DNA of 64,000 bases from Bacteroidota bacterium (GTDB taxonomy: Bacteria > Bacteroidota > Bacteroidia > AKYH767-A > 2013-40CM-41-45). The DNA lies in the NCBI GenBank assembly GCA_003389385.1, contig QQVM01000021.1, positions 7,299 through 71,298 on the forward strand, written 5' to 3'. This document shows positions 20,806 through 30,381 of this stretch, piece after piece (position 1 is the stretch's first letter; each line of letters begins with the position of its first letter). The notes beneath the pieces were generated by a model, which saw only the letters and a program-made list of their open reading frames with translations, did no database searches and was not told where the DNA came from. Position numbers and translations under genes: made by a program.

Positions 20806-22047
20806 TCAACTTTGTTTTTCAGATCTTATAGCGGATGTTTCCATTGCTGATTCTTTCTTCCCGGGGTATTGCAGTAAGGCAAGTTCAAGACATTGCATCG
20901 CTTTACTGAGGGAATCCATATTCAATACGTAAGCAATGCGAACTTCATCAAGTCCGAGTTCGGGCTTGGAGTAAAATCCTGTTGCGGGAGCAAGCATGAC
21001 AGTTTCATTTTCATGACTGAAGGATTCCAGCAGCCATTGGCAAAATTTGTCTGAATTGTCAATTGGCAGTCTGGCAATGCAATAGAATGCACCGCTTGGC
21101 TTTGGGCAGAATACGCCGTCCATCTTGTTCAAAGATTCGACAACAAAATTCCTTCGCCTGACATATTCTTCTTTTACGTTTACAAAATACTCGTCAGGAG
21201 TATCAATGCCTGCTTCACCGGCAACCTGGCCAAAGGTGGGCGGCGAAAGCCTGGCTTGAGCAAACTTCAGGGCTACCGCCATGAGATCTTTATTGCGTGA
21301 AATGATGGCACCGATTCTTGCTCCGCATGCACTGTAACGTTTACTGATGGAATCTAGCATAACCACATTTTGCTCTATTCCTTCAAGATGCATCACAGAA
21401 TGATACTCCTTGTTATCATAGCAGAATTCCCTGTACACTTCATCAGAAAAAAGCCATAAGTCATGCTTTAAAACCAATTTTCTCAGTTGCTCTAATTCAT
21501 CTCGTGTATAGAGGTATCCGGTAGGATTACTGGGATTGCAAATCATGATTGCTTTAGTCGCCGGAGTGATCAGTTTCTCGAATTCGTTTACAGGCGGTAA
21601 GGCAAAACCTTCTTCTATTGTTGAGCGTATAGGAACGACCTTTACATTAGCCTGGGTAGAAAAGCCATTGTAATTAGCATAGAATGGTTCAGGAATAATG
21701 ATTTCATCTCCCGGATCAAGGCAGCTCATCATGGCAATTTCAATTGCTTCTGATCCGCCGGTTGTGACAATTATTTCTGAAAAGTCCAAACTGATCTTAT
21801 ACTTATTATAATATTTCGTCAGCTTCTTTCTGTATGTTTCAATTCCGGCGGAATGGCTGTATTCAACAACTTTATCAGGATAGTTGTGAATCGCATCAAG
21901 CATCACCTGAGGAGTTTCAATATCTGGTTGTCCTATGTTCAGATGATAAATGTGAACACCTCTCTTTTTGGCGCTTTCCGCAAAAGGAACGAGTTTCCTG
22001 ATCGGTGATGGCGGCATTTGCTTTCCTTTGACTGATGTTTTGGGCAT
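20806..22047 (-). CDS. Class I/II PLP-dependent aminotransferase (aspartate aminotransferase-like)
   Basis: LNIGQPD, CNPSNPTG, SDEVY, DSISKRYSACGARIG. Confidence 0.9.
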   Translation of the reverse strand: MPKTSVKGKQMPPSPIRKLVPFAESAKKRGVHIYHLNIGQPDIETPQVMLDAIHNYPDKVVEYSHSAGIETYRKKLTKYYNKYKISLDFSEIIVTTGGSEAIEIAMMSCLDPGDEIIIPEPFYANYNGFSTQANVKVVPIRSTIEEGFALPPVNEFEKLITPATKAIMICNPSNPTGYLYTRDELEQLRKLVLKHDLWLFSDEVYREFCYDNKEYHSVMHLEGIEQNVVMLDSISKRYSACGARIGAIISRNKDLMAVALKFAQARLSPPTFGQVAGEAGIDTPDEYFVNVKEEYVRRRNFVVESLNKMDGVFCPKPSGAFYCIARLPIDNSDKFCQWLLESFSHENETVMLAPATGFYSKPELGLDEVRIAYVLNMDSLSKAMQCLELALLQYPGKKESAMETSAIRSEKQS

Positions 22048-22073
22048 ATTGAGGTTTTTTCAGTAATAGGGAT

Positions 22074-22101
22074 AAAAAAAAGCTCCCCTTGACGAGAGCT
22101 T
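22074..22101 (-). terminator. Probable terminator after the DUF1573 cluster
   Basis: AAGCTC...GAGCTT stem with an A8 tract on + (U tract on -). Confidence 0.55.
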
Positions 22102-22128
22102 AAAAATACAAAATAAACCTTAAAACCT

Positions 22129-22539
22129 TTACTGTCTTTGATTGTCCTGAGATGTAGTCGTTTCTATGTTTCCTTTCAGTCTCAATACTTTCGGACCACT
22201 TTTTGCGTTTGATATAATTGTAACTGTTTTATCCTGCATACCCAATTTTCCGGTTGAATTGAATTCAACATTCACGCTTCCCTTGCCTCCCTTAGGAATG
22301 GGCTCTTTTGACCAGCTGGGCACAGTGCAACCACATGTTCCTTTTGCGTCTGAAATTATAAGCGGTTCTTTCCCTGAATTGACGAATGTGAATGAGTATT
22401 CAATTTTTTCTCCCTGCTTTATGGTTCCGAAATTGAACTCTTCAATGTCAAAACGAATATCAGCAGAATTCTTGTTATCCTGCGCATTGACAATTACAGA
22501 AAACAAAATGAAAAAAATATAGGTGATAGCCTGTTTCAC
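22129..22539 (-). CDS. DUF1573 domain secreted protein (copy 3)
   Basis: Signal peptide; FNFGTI...F.N.G.EPL.I...CGCT.P; GTG start. Confidence 0.85.
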   Translation of the reverse strand: MKQAITYIFFILFSVIVNAQDNKNSADIRFDIEEFNFGTIKQGEKIEYSFTFVNSGKEPLIISDAKGTCGCTVPSWSKEPIPKGGKGSVNVEFNSTGKLGMQDKTVTIISNAKSGPKVLRLKGNIETTTSQDNQRQ

Positions 22540-22557
22540 TTTATCTGAACCAATCAG

Positions 22558-23013
22558 TTATTTCAATTGAGTTTTACTGCTTTCAGACGGATCAGACGGC
22601 TTGTTGATTGTGCCTTTCATATGAAGCACCATCGGGTTCTGCTTCGCGTTTGAAGTGATGGTTACAGTCTTGTCTTGCAAACCCATTTTACCCGATGAGT
22701 TGAAAGTCACTTTAATCACTCCTGTTTGGCCTTTCATAATCGGTTCTTTCGGAAACAAAGGAACCGTGCATCCGCAAGTGCCTTCTGCTTTCGTTATGAT
22801 CAATGGCTCATTACCGGTATTAGTGAATTTAAACTCATGAGTAGTTGATTCACCCTGAATGATGGTGCCGAAATTGTGTTCTTCATTGTCGAATTTAAAT
22901 TCGGCCTGATTTTTATTTTCATTGATTACTTCGCCAAGCACTTTTCTTTCCTGAGCCTTGACTACTGTGGCGCTGATTAACAGAAAGGCGAAGAGCAGTT
23001 TAAATAGTTTCAT
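22558..23013 (-). CDS. DUF1573 domain secreted protein (copy 2)
   Basis: Signal peptide; HNFGTI...FTNTGNEPLII...CGCTVP. Confidence 0.88.
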   Translation of the reverse strand: MKLFKLLFAFLLISATVVKAQERKVLGEVINENKNQAEFKFDNEEHNFGTIIQGESTTHEFKFTNTGNEPLIITKAEGTCGCTVPLFPKEPIMKGQTGVIKVTFNSSGKMGLQDKTVTITSNAKQNPMVLHMKGTINKPSDPSESSKTQLK

Positions 23014-23032
23014 ATTTCTTAGGTGAATTTGA

Positions 23033-23512
23033 TTACTTTGAATTTTCCAGAGGAGAGCCAGAGCTGTTTTTCAAAGGCATAGCCTGCTCGGTTTTTTCTT
23101 CTGTCGCTTCCACAGTTCCTTTAATGGTCAGGATTTTTGTTTCTGTTTTAGCATTGGAATTGATGGTGATGGTTTTTGTAAAAGCACCAACTCTCTTGGT
23201 GTCATAATGAACCTTTATTATACCTGTCTGGTTTTTCATGATTGGCTCTTTTGGATAATCAGGAACCGTGCATCCGCAACTTGCCTTTGCAGCAGAAATA
23301 ATCAGAGGCTCATTCCCGGTATTCTTGAATTTAAAAACAGAATTACCATCTGCGCCCTGTTTAATTGTGCCATAATCATACACATCACTTTCAAAGGTGA
23401 TTTCAGGTGCATTCGGATTGTCGGCAACTGGTTTGCTGTCCTGGGCTAGAAGACTGCTCAGCCCTGTAAAGGCAACAATCAGTGTCAGTGTTAGGATTTT
23501 GGAGATTTTCAT
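23033..23512 (-). CDS. DUF1573 domain secreted protein (copy 1)
   Basis: Signal peptide; YDYGTI...FKNTGNEPLII...SCGCTVP. Confidence 0.88.
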   Translation of the reverse strand: MKISKILTLTLIVAFTGLSSLLAQDSKPVADNPNAPEITFESDVYDYGTIKQGADGNSVFKFKNTGNEPLIISAAKASCGCTVPDYPKEPIMKNQTGIIKVHYDTKRVGAFTKTITINSNAKTETKILTIKGTVEATEEKTEQAMPLKNSSGSPLENSK

Positions 23513-23573
23513 ATTATTTTATTGGTTTTTGGGTCAATTTAATGTTTTTTAGGATTTATTGAAATTTGTACTA

Positions 23574-23581
23574 CAAAAGTA
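23574..23581 (-). promoter_or_regulatory. -7 promoter box of the DUF1573 cluster
   Basis: TACTTTTG on the - strand, about 60 nt upstream of ATG 23512. Confidence 0.6.
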
Positions 23582-23777
23582 ATAAAAAGCTATGAAGTCA
23601 TTATGAATATGACTTTCATGCTTTTATTAAATGCAAAGTATGGACATTGCAGGTGAAGATTCAATTAATTGTTGTAAGTGTACAGGGAAACATACATAAA
23701 ATGCAAACCGGATAACGAAAAGAATTCCGTCTGCAGTTTTCTTAATAGTTCTATACACTCATAAAGTTTACACTAAC

Positions 23778-25340
23778 TCAGGATCTGCTGCTCATCACAG
23801 CAAACGGGATGAGCATTTCTTCCAAAGAAATACCTCCATGCTGGAAAGTGTTTTTGTAGTACGTCACGTAATAATTGTAATTGTTCGGATATGCGAAGAA
23901 CTTATCCTGTTTTGCAAATACAAAAGTCTGACTCAGGTTTTGCCGGGGAAGGAAAGCATCGACAGGATTTTTTATTTCAAAAACTTCCCTCTTGTCATAA
24001 TTCATGTTTTTGCCCTGCTTATAACGCAAATTCGTATTAAGCGTGCGGTCTCCAACTATTTTACTCGGCTCCTTCACCCTGATGGTACCATGGTCTGTAG
24101 TGATGATAATACGGCAATTTTTCTCGGCCATTCTTCGAATTGCCTCAAGAAGAGGAGAATGTTCAAACCATGATAATGTGATTGAACGATAGGCTGCTTC
24201 ATCTTCGGCTAGTTCCCGTATCATTTCCATTTCTGTGCGAGCATGAGATAGCATGTCAACAAAATTATAGACAATCACATTGAACTTGTTTTGCATGAGA
24301 CGTGGAACATTTTCTACAAGCTCTTTTCCGTCGTTGTGATTAGTGATCTTTGTATAAGAAAACTTGTAATCCTTCCTGTGTCTTTGCAATGTGTCAGCCA
24401 GAAATGTTTCTTCATGCTGATTTTTTCCTCCCTCTTCTTCGTCATTCATCCAAAGTTTCGGAAATCTTGATTCTATTTCTGATGGCAAGAGCCCGGCGAA
24501 AATAGCATTGCGCGCATACTGAGTGGCAGTTGGCAGGATGCTCAGATAAAGATCCTCCTCATTCAGTCTGAAAAGCTCGTTAAGAACAGGTTCTATTATC
24601 TTCCACTGATCATATCTCAGGTTGTCAATGAGAATCATAAAAACCGGATCAGAAGCTGAATCCACAGCAGGCAGGATTTTTCGCTTCATGAGTTGATTCG
24701 AAAGTACAGGCGTATCTGCTTTGTCAGAATCTTTAAGCCATTTCAGGTAGTTGTTCTCAATGAATTTTGAAAAGAGAAGATTGGCCTCGCTCTTCTGACT
24801 TGTCAGAATTTCATACATGCTTTCATCTTCTGACTTTTCCAATTCCAGTTCCCAGAAAACAAGACGCTTGTACACATTACGCCATTCCTCCCAGCTTAGC
24901 TTGTCGCTTAATGTCATACCCAGGTTCCTAAACTCCTGTTGGTATGCCGAAGTGGTCTTTTCACTTATAAGCCTTTTGTTTTCAAGATTCTTCTTTAAGG
25001 ATAATAGGATCTGATTTGGGTTTACGGGCTTGATTAGGTAATCGGCAATCTTGTTGCCTATCGCATCTTCCATTATGGACTCTTCCTCGCTCTTAGTAAT
25101 CATGATTACAGGTATGGAAGGTTTCAGGTTCTTTAGCCTGCTCAACGTTTCCAGACCTGAAAGTCCCGGCATGTTCTCATCAAGAAAGACAATGTCAAAA
25201 TCCTGCTCTTTTATCTTATCCAGAACATCATTGCCATTCGTGACAGTAGTCACAGAATATCCTTTTTCCTGCAGGAAAAGCAAATGTGGTTTGAGCAAGT
25301 CAATTTCATCATCGGCCCAAAGTATGTTGGCATTATCCAT
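23778..25340 (-). CDS. porX: Response regulator PorX (receiver plus PglZ phosphodiesterase domain)
   Basis: ILWADDEID, FLDENMPG receiver; IDNLRYDQW, LPTATQYARN, TTDHG, FQHGGIS PglZ motifs; start moved to 25340. Confidence 0.92.
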   Translation of the reverse strand: MDNANILWADDEIDLLKPHLLFLQEKGYSVTTVTNGNDVLDKIKEQDFDIVFLDENMPGLSGLETLSRLKNLKPSIPVIMITKSEEESIMEDAIGNKIADYLIKPVNPNQILLSLKKNLENKRLISEKTTSAYQQEFRNLGMTLSDKLSWEEWRNVYKRLVFWELELEKSEDESMYEILTSQKSEANLLFSKFIENNYLKWLKDSDKADTPVLSNQLMKRKILPAVDSASDPVFMILIDNLRYDQWKIIEPVLNELFRLNEEDLYLSILPTATQYARNAIFAGLLPSEIESRFPKLWMNDEEEGGKNQHEETFLADTLQRHRKDYKFSYTKITNHNDGKELVENVPRLMQNKFNVIVYNFVDMLSHARTEMEMIRELAEDEAAYRSITLSWFEHSPLLEAIRRMAEKNCRIIITTDHGTIRVKEPSKIVGDRTLNTNLRYKQGKNMNYDKREVFEIKNPVDAFLPRQNLSQTFVFAKQDKFFAYPNNYNYYVTYYKNTFQHGGISLEEMLIPFAVMSSRS

Positions 25341-25523
25341 AAGGTCTGTGTCCTGTGTTTTTTTTGTATTTCCTTCAAAGGTAGCAAAGTTGTTTCGAAT
25401 CATTTTAGAATAATTTTCTGTTTGAATACCTCAACGAGATCATATCTTAAATATTTAATGATTGCTCTCAGATTTCATTCAATCAAACTAATGCAGATAT
25501 TTGCCGGAGAAATAAACTATATA

Positions 25524-26744
25524 ATGTTGATGCGTCAGAAAATAGTTAATGATCCAATTTACGGATTCATAACAATTCCATACGAGCTGGTCTTTCAGTT
25601 GATTGAGCATCCTTACTTTCAGCGGCTGAGAAGAATCAGACAGCTTGGCATGACTCACCTGGTTTATCCCGGTGCGCATCATACTCGCTTTCATCATGCA
25701 TTGGGAGCGATGCACCTGATGGGGGAAGCGATTAAAACCCTTCGTTCCAAGGGACACCAAGTGAGCGACGAAGAAGCTGAAGCTGTGACGGTGGCAATTC
25801 TTTTGCATGATATCGGACATGGTCCCTTTTCTCATGCTCTGGAAGACAGCATAGTTCAGGGTATCAGACATGAGGATGTAGGTTTACTCTTTATGGAAAA
25901 GCTCAACAAAGAAATGAATGGGCGTCTCAATCTGGCTATCATGATTTTTCAGAATCGTTACCACAAAAAATTTCTGCATCAGCTGGTGAGTAGTCAGTTA
26001 GACATGGACAGAATGGACTATCTCAGCAGAGACAGTTTCTTCACGGGAGTGTCTGAAGGAGTGATAAGTCATGACAGGATTATCAAGATGCTTGAAGTTC
26101 ACGATGATCAACTGGCGGTGGAAGAGAAAGGGATTTATTCTATTGAAAAATTCATCGTTGCCCGCCGACTGATGTACTGGCAGGTTTATCTGCACAAAAC
26201 TGTAGTCAGCGCCGAATGTCTGCTTATTAATATTCTTAAGAGGGCGAAAGAAGTGATAAAGAGTGATTCAGCGCTGTTCGCGACACCTGCACTGAACTTC
26301 TTTCTAAACAGGCGTGTGGACATTAACGAATTAAGATGTGATCCGAGTTTATTGGATCGTTTTGCCGAGCTCGACGATAGTGACATCACAACATCGGTGA
26401 AGATCTGGGCTGCTGGAAAGGATGAAGTTCTCTCTGATTTATGCAGACGTATGATTAACCGCAGGCTTTTCAGAATCATCTTACAAAATACTCCTTTCAT
26501 GGAAGAACAGATAGAAGCTTACCGGAATGAATTAAAACGAAAATTCGGATATGACGAAGCGCAATTGGACTACTTTTTCCTGAAAGGTAAAATCGTCAAC
26601 AATGCATACAATACCGGTTCAGATAAAATTAGCATTCTGCTTAAAAGCGGTAAAGTATGCGACATCACTGAAGCGGCAGACACACTTAACATCAAATCGC
26701 TAAGCGTTCCGGTTGAGAAGTATTATCTTGCTTTTCCGAAATGA
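25524..26744 (+). CDS. HD-domain phosphohydrolase (dNTP triphosphohydrolase/SAMHD1-like)
   Basis: DPIYG, QRLRRIRQLG, HTRFHH, LLHDIGHGPFSH, DMDRMDYL.RD; start moved to 25524. Confidence 0.9.
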   Translation: MLMRQKIVNDPIYGFITIPYELVFQLIEHPYFQRLRRIRQLGMTHLVYPGAHHTRFHHALGAMHLMGEAIKTLRSKGHQVSDEEAEAVTVAILLHDIGHGPFSHALEDSIVQGIRHEDVGLLFMEKLNKEMNGRLNLAIMIFQNRYHKKFLHQLVSSQLDMDRMDYLSRDSFFTGVSEGVISHDRIIKMLEVHDDQLAVEEKGIYSIEKFIVARRLMYWQVYLHKTVVSAECLLINILKRAKEVIKSDSALFATPALNFFLNRRVDINELRCDPSLLDRFAELDDSDITTSVKIWAAGKDEVLSDLCRRMINRRLFRIILQNTPFMEEQIEAYRNELKRKFGYDEAQLDYFFLKGKIVNNAYNTGSDKISILLKSGKVCDITEAADTLNIKSLSVPVEKYYLAFPK

Positions 26745-26885
26745 ATTGAACCTGATTCGGGTCGGCATCTCTTCATCTTTTCCTCAGAATATTAAAACCA
26801 TATAATCATTTCACTTATAGTTGAAATTTTTATCTGCGATTTCAGTCAATATTCCTGAATTCTATGCGTTTGTGTGTCTCAAACC

Positions 26886-26917
26886 TTGACTGGAGTGGAT
26901 AAAAAAGGTTAAATTCG
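26886..26917 (+). promoter_or_regulatory. Putative promoter of lpxD
   Basis: TTG at 26886-26888, 21-nt spacer, TAAATTCG (TAnnTTYG variant). Confidence 0.5.
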
Positions 26918-26934
26918 TGCCACATTTTGAACAG

Positions 26935-27978
26935 ATGGAATTTACAGCAAAGCAAATCGGAGATCTCCTTGAAGGGACTGTGGAAGGAGACCCATCCGTA
27001 AAGGTCAATAGGCTAAGTAAAATCGAAGAAGGACGACTGGGTGACCTGACTTTCCTTGCTAATCCTAAGTATGAATCTTTTATTTACAGCACCAAAGCTT
27101 CTCTGGTGATAGTTGGCAAAGATTTCGTGCCTGAGAAGCCCGTAGAACCTACGATGATTCGGGTGAGCAATGCTTATGAGTCATTTGTCAGACTACTCGA
27201 AATTTATAATACTATTCAAAAGGATAAAAAGGGCATAGAACAGCCTAGCTATATTGCACCTGATTCTAAATTGGGAAATGACTGCTATGTGGGGGCATTT
27301 GCTTACATAGGCCAGAATGCTAAGATTGGGAACAATGTAAAAATCTATCCGCAGGTTTATATCGGTGACAATGTTGTGGTAGGAAATAATACCACACTTT
27401 ATGCTGGTGCACGAATTTACAGTGACTGCATGATCGGATCAGACTGTACAATTCACACAGGTGTCGTAATTGGTGCAGATGGATTTGGTTTTACTCCTAA
27501 CAGGGAGAATGAATACCAAAAGGTAGCACAAATAGGAAATGTAATAGTGGAAGATCATGTGGAAATAGGCGCTAACAGTACGATAGACAGGGCCACATTA
27601 GGGTCGACCATCATTCGTAAAGGAGTAAAGCTTGATAATCTTATTCAAATAGCCCATAATGTTGAAATCGGTGAAAATACGGTGATTGCCGCTCAGACTG
27701 GAATAGCAGGATCCACCAAAATCGGTAGAGACTGCATGATAGGCGGACAAGTTGGCATAGTAGGTCACATCACTATAGCAGATAAGGTTAAAATTGCTGC
27801 CCAGTCAGGAATCGGATCAAGCATCATACAAGAAGGCGAAATTGTTCAGGGATCACCTGCATTCAATATCGGAGATTATAAACGGACATATGTGGTGTTC
27901 AGAAAACTTCCACAGCTCGAAAAGAGAATTAAAGAACTCGAGCAGTTGATCGCAGAACTGAAGCAAATTACCCCCTGA
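26935..27978 (+). CDS. lpxD: UDP-3-O-acylglucosamine N-acyltransferase
   Basis: Hexapeptide repeats, [23 protein letters not shown]; ATG 26935. Confidence 0.96.
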   Translation: MEFTAKQIGDLLEGTVEGDPSVKVNRLSKIEEGRLGDLTFLANPKYESFIYSTKASLVIVGKDFVPEKPVEPTMIRVSNAYESFVRLLEIYNTIQKDKKGIEQPSYIAPDSKLGNDCYVGAFAYIGQNAKIGNNVKIYPQVYIGDNVVVGNNTTLYAGARIYSDCMIGSDCTIHTGVVIGADGFGFTPNRENEYQKVAQIGNVIVEDHVEIGANSTIDRATLGSTIIRKGVKLDNLIQIAHNVEIGENTVIAAQTGIAGSTKIGRDCMIGGQVGIVGHITIADKVKIAAQSGIGSSIIQEGEIVQGSPAFNIGDYKRTYVVFRKLPQLEKRIKELEQLIAELKQITP

Positions 27979-28030
27979 TTCACTTTATCGATTACCCACG
28001 CCTCAGGCTTTTCTTTTTCCCAATATTTTC

Positions 28031-28038
28031 TACTTTTG
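28031..28038 (+). promoter_or_regulatory. Internal -7 promoter box before lpxC-fabZ
   Basis: TACTTTTG exact match 45 nt upstream of ATG 28083. Confidence 0.5.
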
Positions 28039-28082
28039 GGAATCCGGAACTGAATAAGTCTTTCGGTTGAAAATTGTTTTAA

Positions 28083-29567
28083 ATGCCTGAAAATCAGACT
28101 TCTGAAATCGCTTCGGCAGCGAAATCACAATCCCCGGCTGCTGTTTCTGAATCCTCACCTGCTAACGGAATGGTTAGACAAACTACGGTGAAGCATGAAA
28201 TCACCATATCCGGGGTAGGCCTGCATACTGGTGTGTCAGTAAATCTCACCTTTAAACCGGCTCCAGAAAATACAGGCTACAGGTTTCGAAGAATTGATAT
28301 GCCTGGCCAGCCAATTGTAGAGGCAGATGTGGACAATGTAAGCGACACAGACAGAGGCACTACAATTTCGAAAAACGGAGCGAAGGTGTCTACCATTGAA
28401 CATGTGCTGGCTGCACTCGCAGGAATGGAGATTGACAATGTGCTGATGGATATTGATGGTCCGGAAGTTCCGATTATGGATGGAAGTTCTAGGCCTTTCA
28501 TTGAAGTGCTGGAAAAAGCCGGCATACAGGAACAGGATGAGGAAAGACATTATTATTATCTGAGCGAGAATATTACGTACGAAGATCCATCCAGAAAAAC
28601 TGAAATGCTTGCAGTTCCAAGTGACGATTTCAGAATTACTGTGATGGTGGACTACAATTCGGATTTACTCGGAACCCAGCATGCGACTTTGTATAACATA
28701 GGGGAGTTCAAAAATGAAATCAGTGACTGCCGCACTTTTTGCTTTTTACATGAACTTGAAATGCTGCTTCAGCATAATCTTATCAAAGGGGGAGATGTGA
28801 ACAATGCGATAGTTGTGGTTGATAAGCCAGTGCCGCCGGAAAAGCTCGATTATCTGGCAAAAATTTTCCGCAAGGATAAAATTATTGCAGAACGCGGTTT
28901 TCTTAACAATGTGAAACTAAGGTTTCAGAACGAACCCGCACGACATAAACTTCTGGACATTGTTGGCGACCTTGCTCTGGTAGGTGCTCCGTTAAAAGGA
29001 CACATCCTTGCTGCAAGACCTGGCCATGTGGCTAACGTGGAATTTGCCAGGAAGATTAAAGAGCTTATGAAGCGGGATAAGTTCAGGGAAAAAGTTCCTT
29101 CCTATGATCCGAATCAAAAGCCTCTGATGGATGTCAACGGCATCATGAAATACTTACCGCACCGCTCTCCGTTTTTGTTTGTAGACAAAATTGTTGAGTT
29201 AAGTGATAGGCATGTAGTCGGAGTGAAATCGGTAACGATGAATGAGTGGTATTTTCCAGGACATTTTCCTGGTGCACCCGTGATGCCCGGAGTAATTCAG
29301 ATAGAAGCCATGGCACAGGTTGGAGGAATTTTAGTTCTGAATACTGTACCTGATCCGGAAAACTACCTGACATACTTTATGAAGATTGATAACACAAAAT
29401 TCAGGGACATGGTGGTGCCAGGAGACACTATCATTTTTACTCTTGAACTGATCAGCCCGATAAGGAGAGGAATCTGCCACATGCGAGGCAAAGCATTTGT
29501 TGGAGACAAGGTTGTCATGGAGTCTGAAATGATGGCTCAGATTGTAAAGAAGGATAAGAAAAAATAA
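28083..29567 (+). CDS. lpxC: Bifunctional LpxC deacetylase / FabZ dehydratase
   Basis: GVGLHTG, TIEHVLAA, HKLLDIVGDL (LpxC); LPHRSPFL, FPGHFPGAPVMPGV (FabZ). Confidence 0.96.
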   Translation: MPENQTSEIASAAKSQSPAAVSESSPANGMVRQTTVKHEITISGVGLHTGVSVNLTFKPAPENTGYRFRRIDMPGQPIVEADVDNVSDTDRGTTISKNGAKVSTIEHVLAALAGMEIDNVLMDIDGPEVPIMDGSSRPFIEVLEKAGIQEQDEERHYYYLSENITYEDPSRKTEMLAVPSDDFRITVMVDYNSDLLGTQHATLYNIGEFKNEISDCRTFCFLHELEMLLQHNLIKGGDVNNAIVVVDKPVPPEKLDYLAKIFRKDKIIAERGFLNNVKLRFQNEPARHKLLDIVGDLALVGAPLKGHILAARPGHVANVEFARKIKELMKRDKFREKVPSYDPNQKPLMDVNGIMKYLPHRSPFLFVDKIVELSDRHVVGVKSVTMNEWYFPGHFPGAPVMPGVIQIEAMAQVGGILVLNTVPDPENYLTYFMKIDNTKFRDMVVPGDTIIFTLELISPIRRGICHMRGKAFVGDKVVMESEMMAQIVKKDKKK

Positions 29568-29582
29568 ATTCCAGAGTCACTT

Positions 29583-30371
29583 ATGTACTCAAACCTTATC
29601 AGTATTCATCCTGATGCCCAAATAGGTAAAAATGTTACCATTGAACCTTTCAGCACCATACATCATGATGTGGTGATTGGAGAGGGTTCATGGATAGGGA
29701 GCAACGTCACAATATTTCCAGGAGCGAGAATAGGAAACAACTGCAAAATTTTTCCCGGTGCTGTCATTTCTGCCATTCCTCAGGATCTCAAGTTTGCTGG
29801 TGAAGTGACAACCGCAGAGGTTGGTAATAATACAACCATCCGAGAGTGCGTAACCATCAATCGTGGCACATCTGCTTTAGGAAAGACAGTAGTAGGTGAG
29901 AACAACCTTCTAATGGCATATGTGCACATAGCTCACGACTGCATAGTAGGAAATAACTGTATACTTGCTAATGGAGCCACTCTTGCCGGTCATATCATCA
30001 TAAATGATTTTGCAATTATCGGTGGCTTGTCTGCCATTCATCAGTTTGTTCACATTGGTGCACATGTTATGATTTCCGGCGGATCGCTGGTTCGCAAAGA
30101 TGTGCCACCCTTTGTCAAAGCCGCACACGAACCATTGTCGTACGTAGGAATTAATACTGTAGGCCTGCGACGCCGCGGTTTTTCAAATGAAAAAATAGCT
30201 GAGATTCAGGAGATATACAGAACCATTTTTGTGAAGGGCTACAATAACAGCCATGCAATTGAAATTGTGGAAAAAGAAATTTCTCAAAGCAATGAAAGGG
30301 ATGAAATCCTGTCGTTTATAAAAAATTCTTCCCGGGGCATCATGAAAGGATTCGCTGCCTCAGAAGATTAA
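29583..30371 (+). CDS. lpxA: UDP-N-acetylglucosamine O-acyltransferase
   Basis: PQDLKF, IRECVTINRGT, YVHIAHDC, LAGH, IHQF. Confidence 0.96.
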   Translation: MYSNLISIHPDAQIGKNVTIEPFSTIHHDVVIGEGSWIGSNVTIFPGARIGNNCKIFPGAVISAIPQDLKFAGEVTTAEVGNNTTIRECVTINRGTSALGKTVVGENNLLMAYVHIAHDCIVGNNCILANGATLAGHIIINDFAIIGGLSAIHQFVHIGAHVMISGGSLVRKDVPPFVKAAHEPLSYVGINTVGLRRRGFSNEKIAEIQEIYRTIFVKGYNNSHAIEIVEKEISQSNERDEILSFIKNSSRGIMKGFAASED

Positions 30372-30381
30372 TTTCAGTTTC

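Noticed and set aside
23778-25340. PglZ domain as a sign of a BREX defence system
   Set aside because: It is fused to a receiver as in PorX, and no brx/pgl genes are nearby
25284-25523. Apparent head-to-head overlap of porX and HD ORFs in the ORF track
   Set aside because: Conserved domains start at 25340 and 25524; the overlap is an artefact of longest-ORF start choice
28083-29567. LpxC-FabZ fusion as a novelty
   Set aside because: Well known and typical of Bacteroidota
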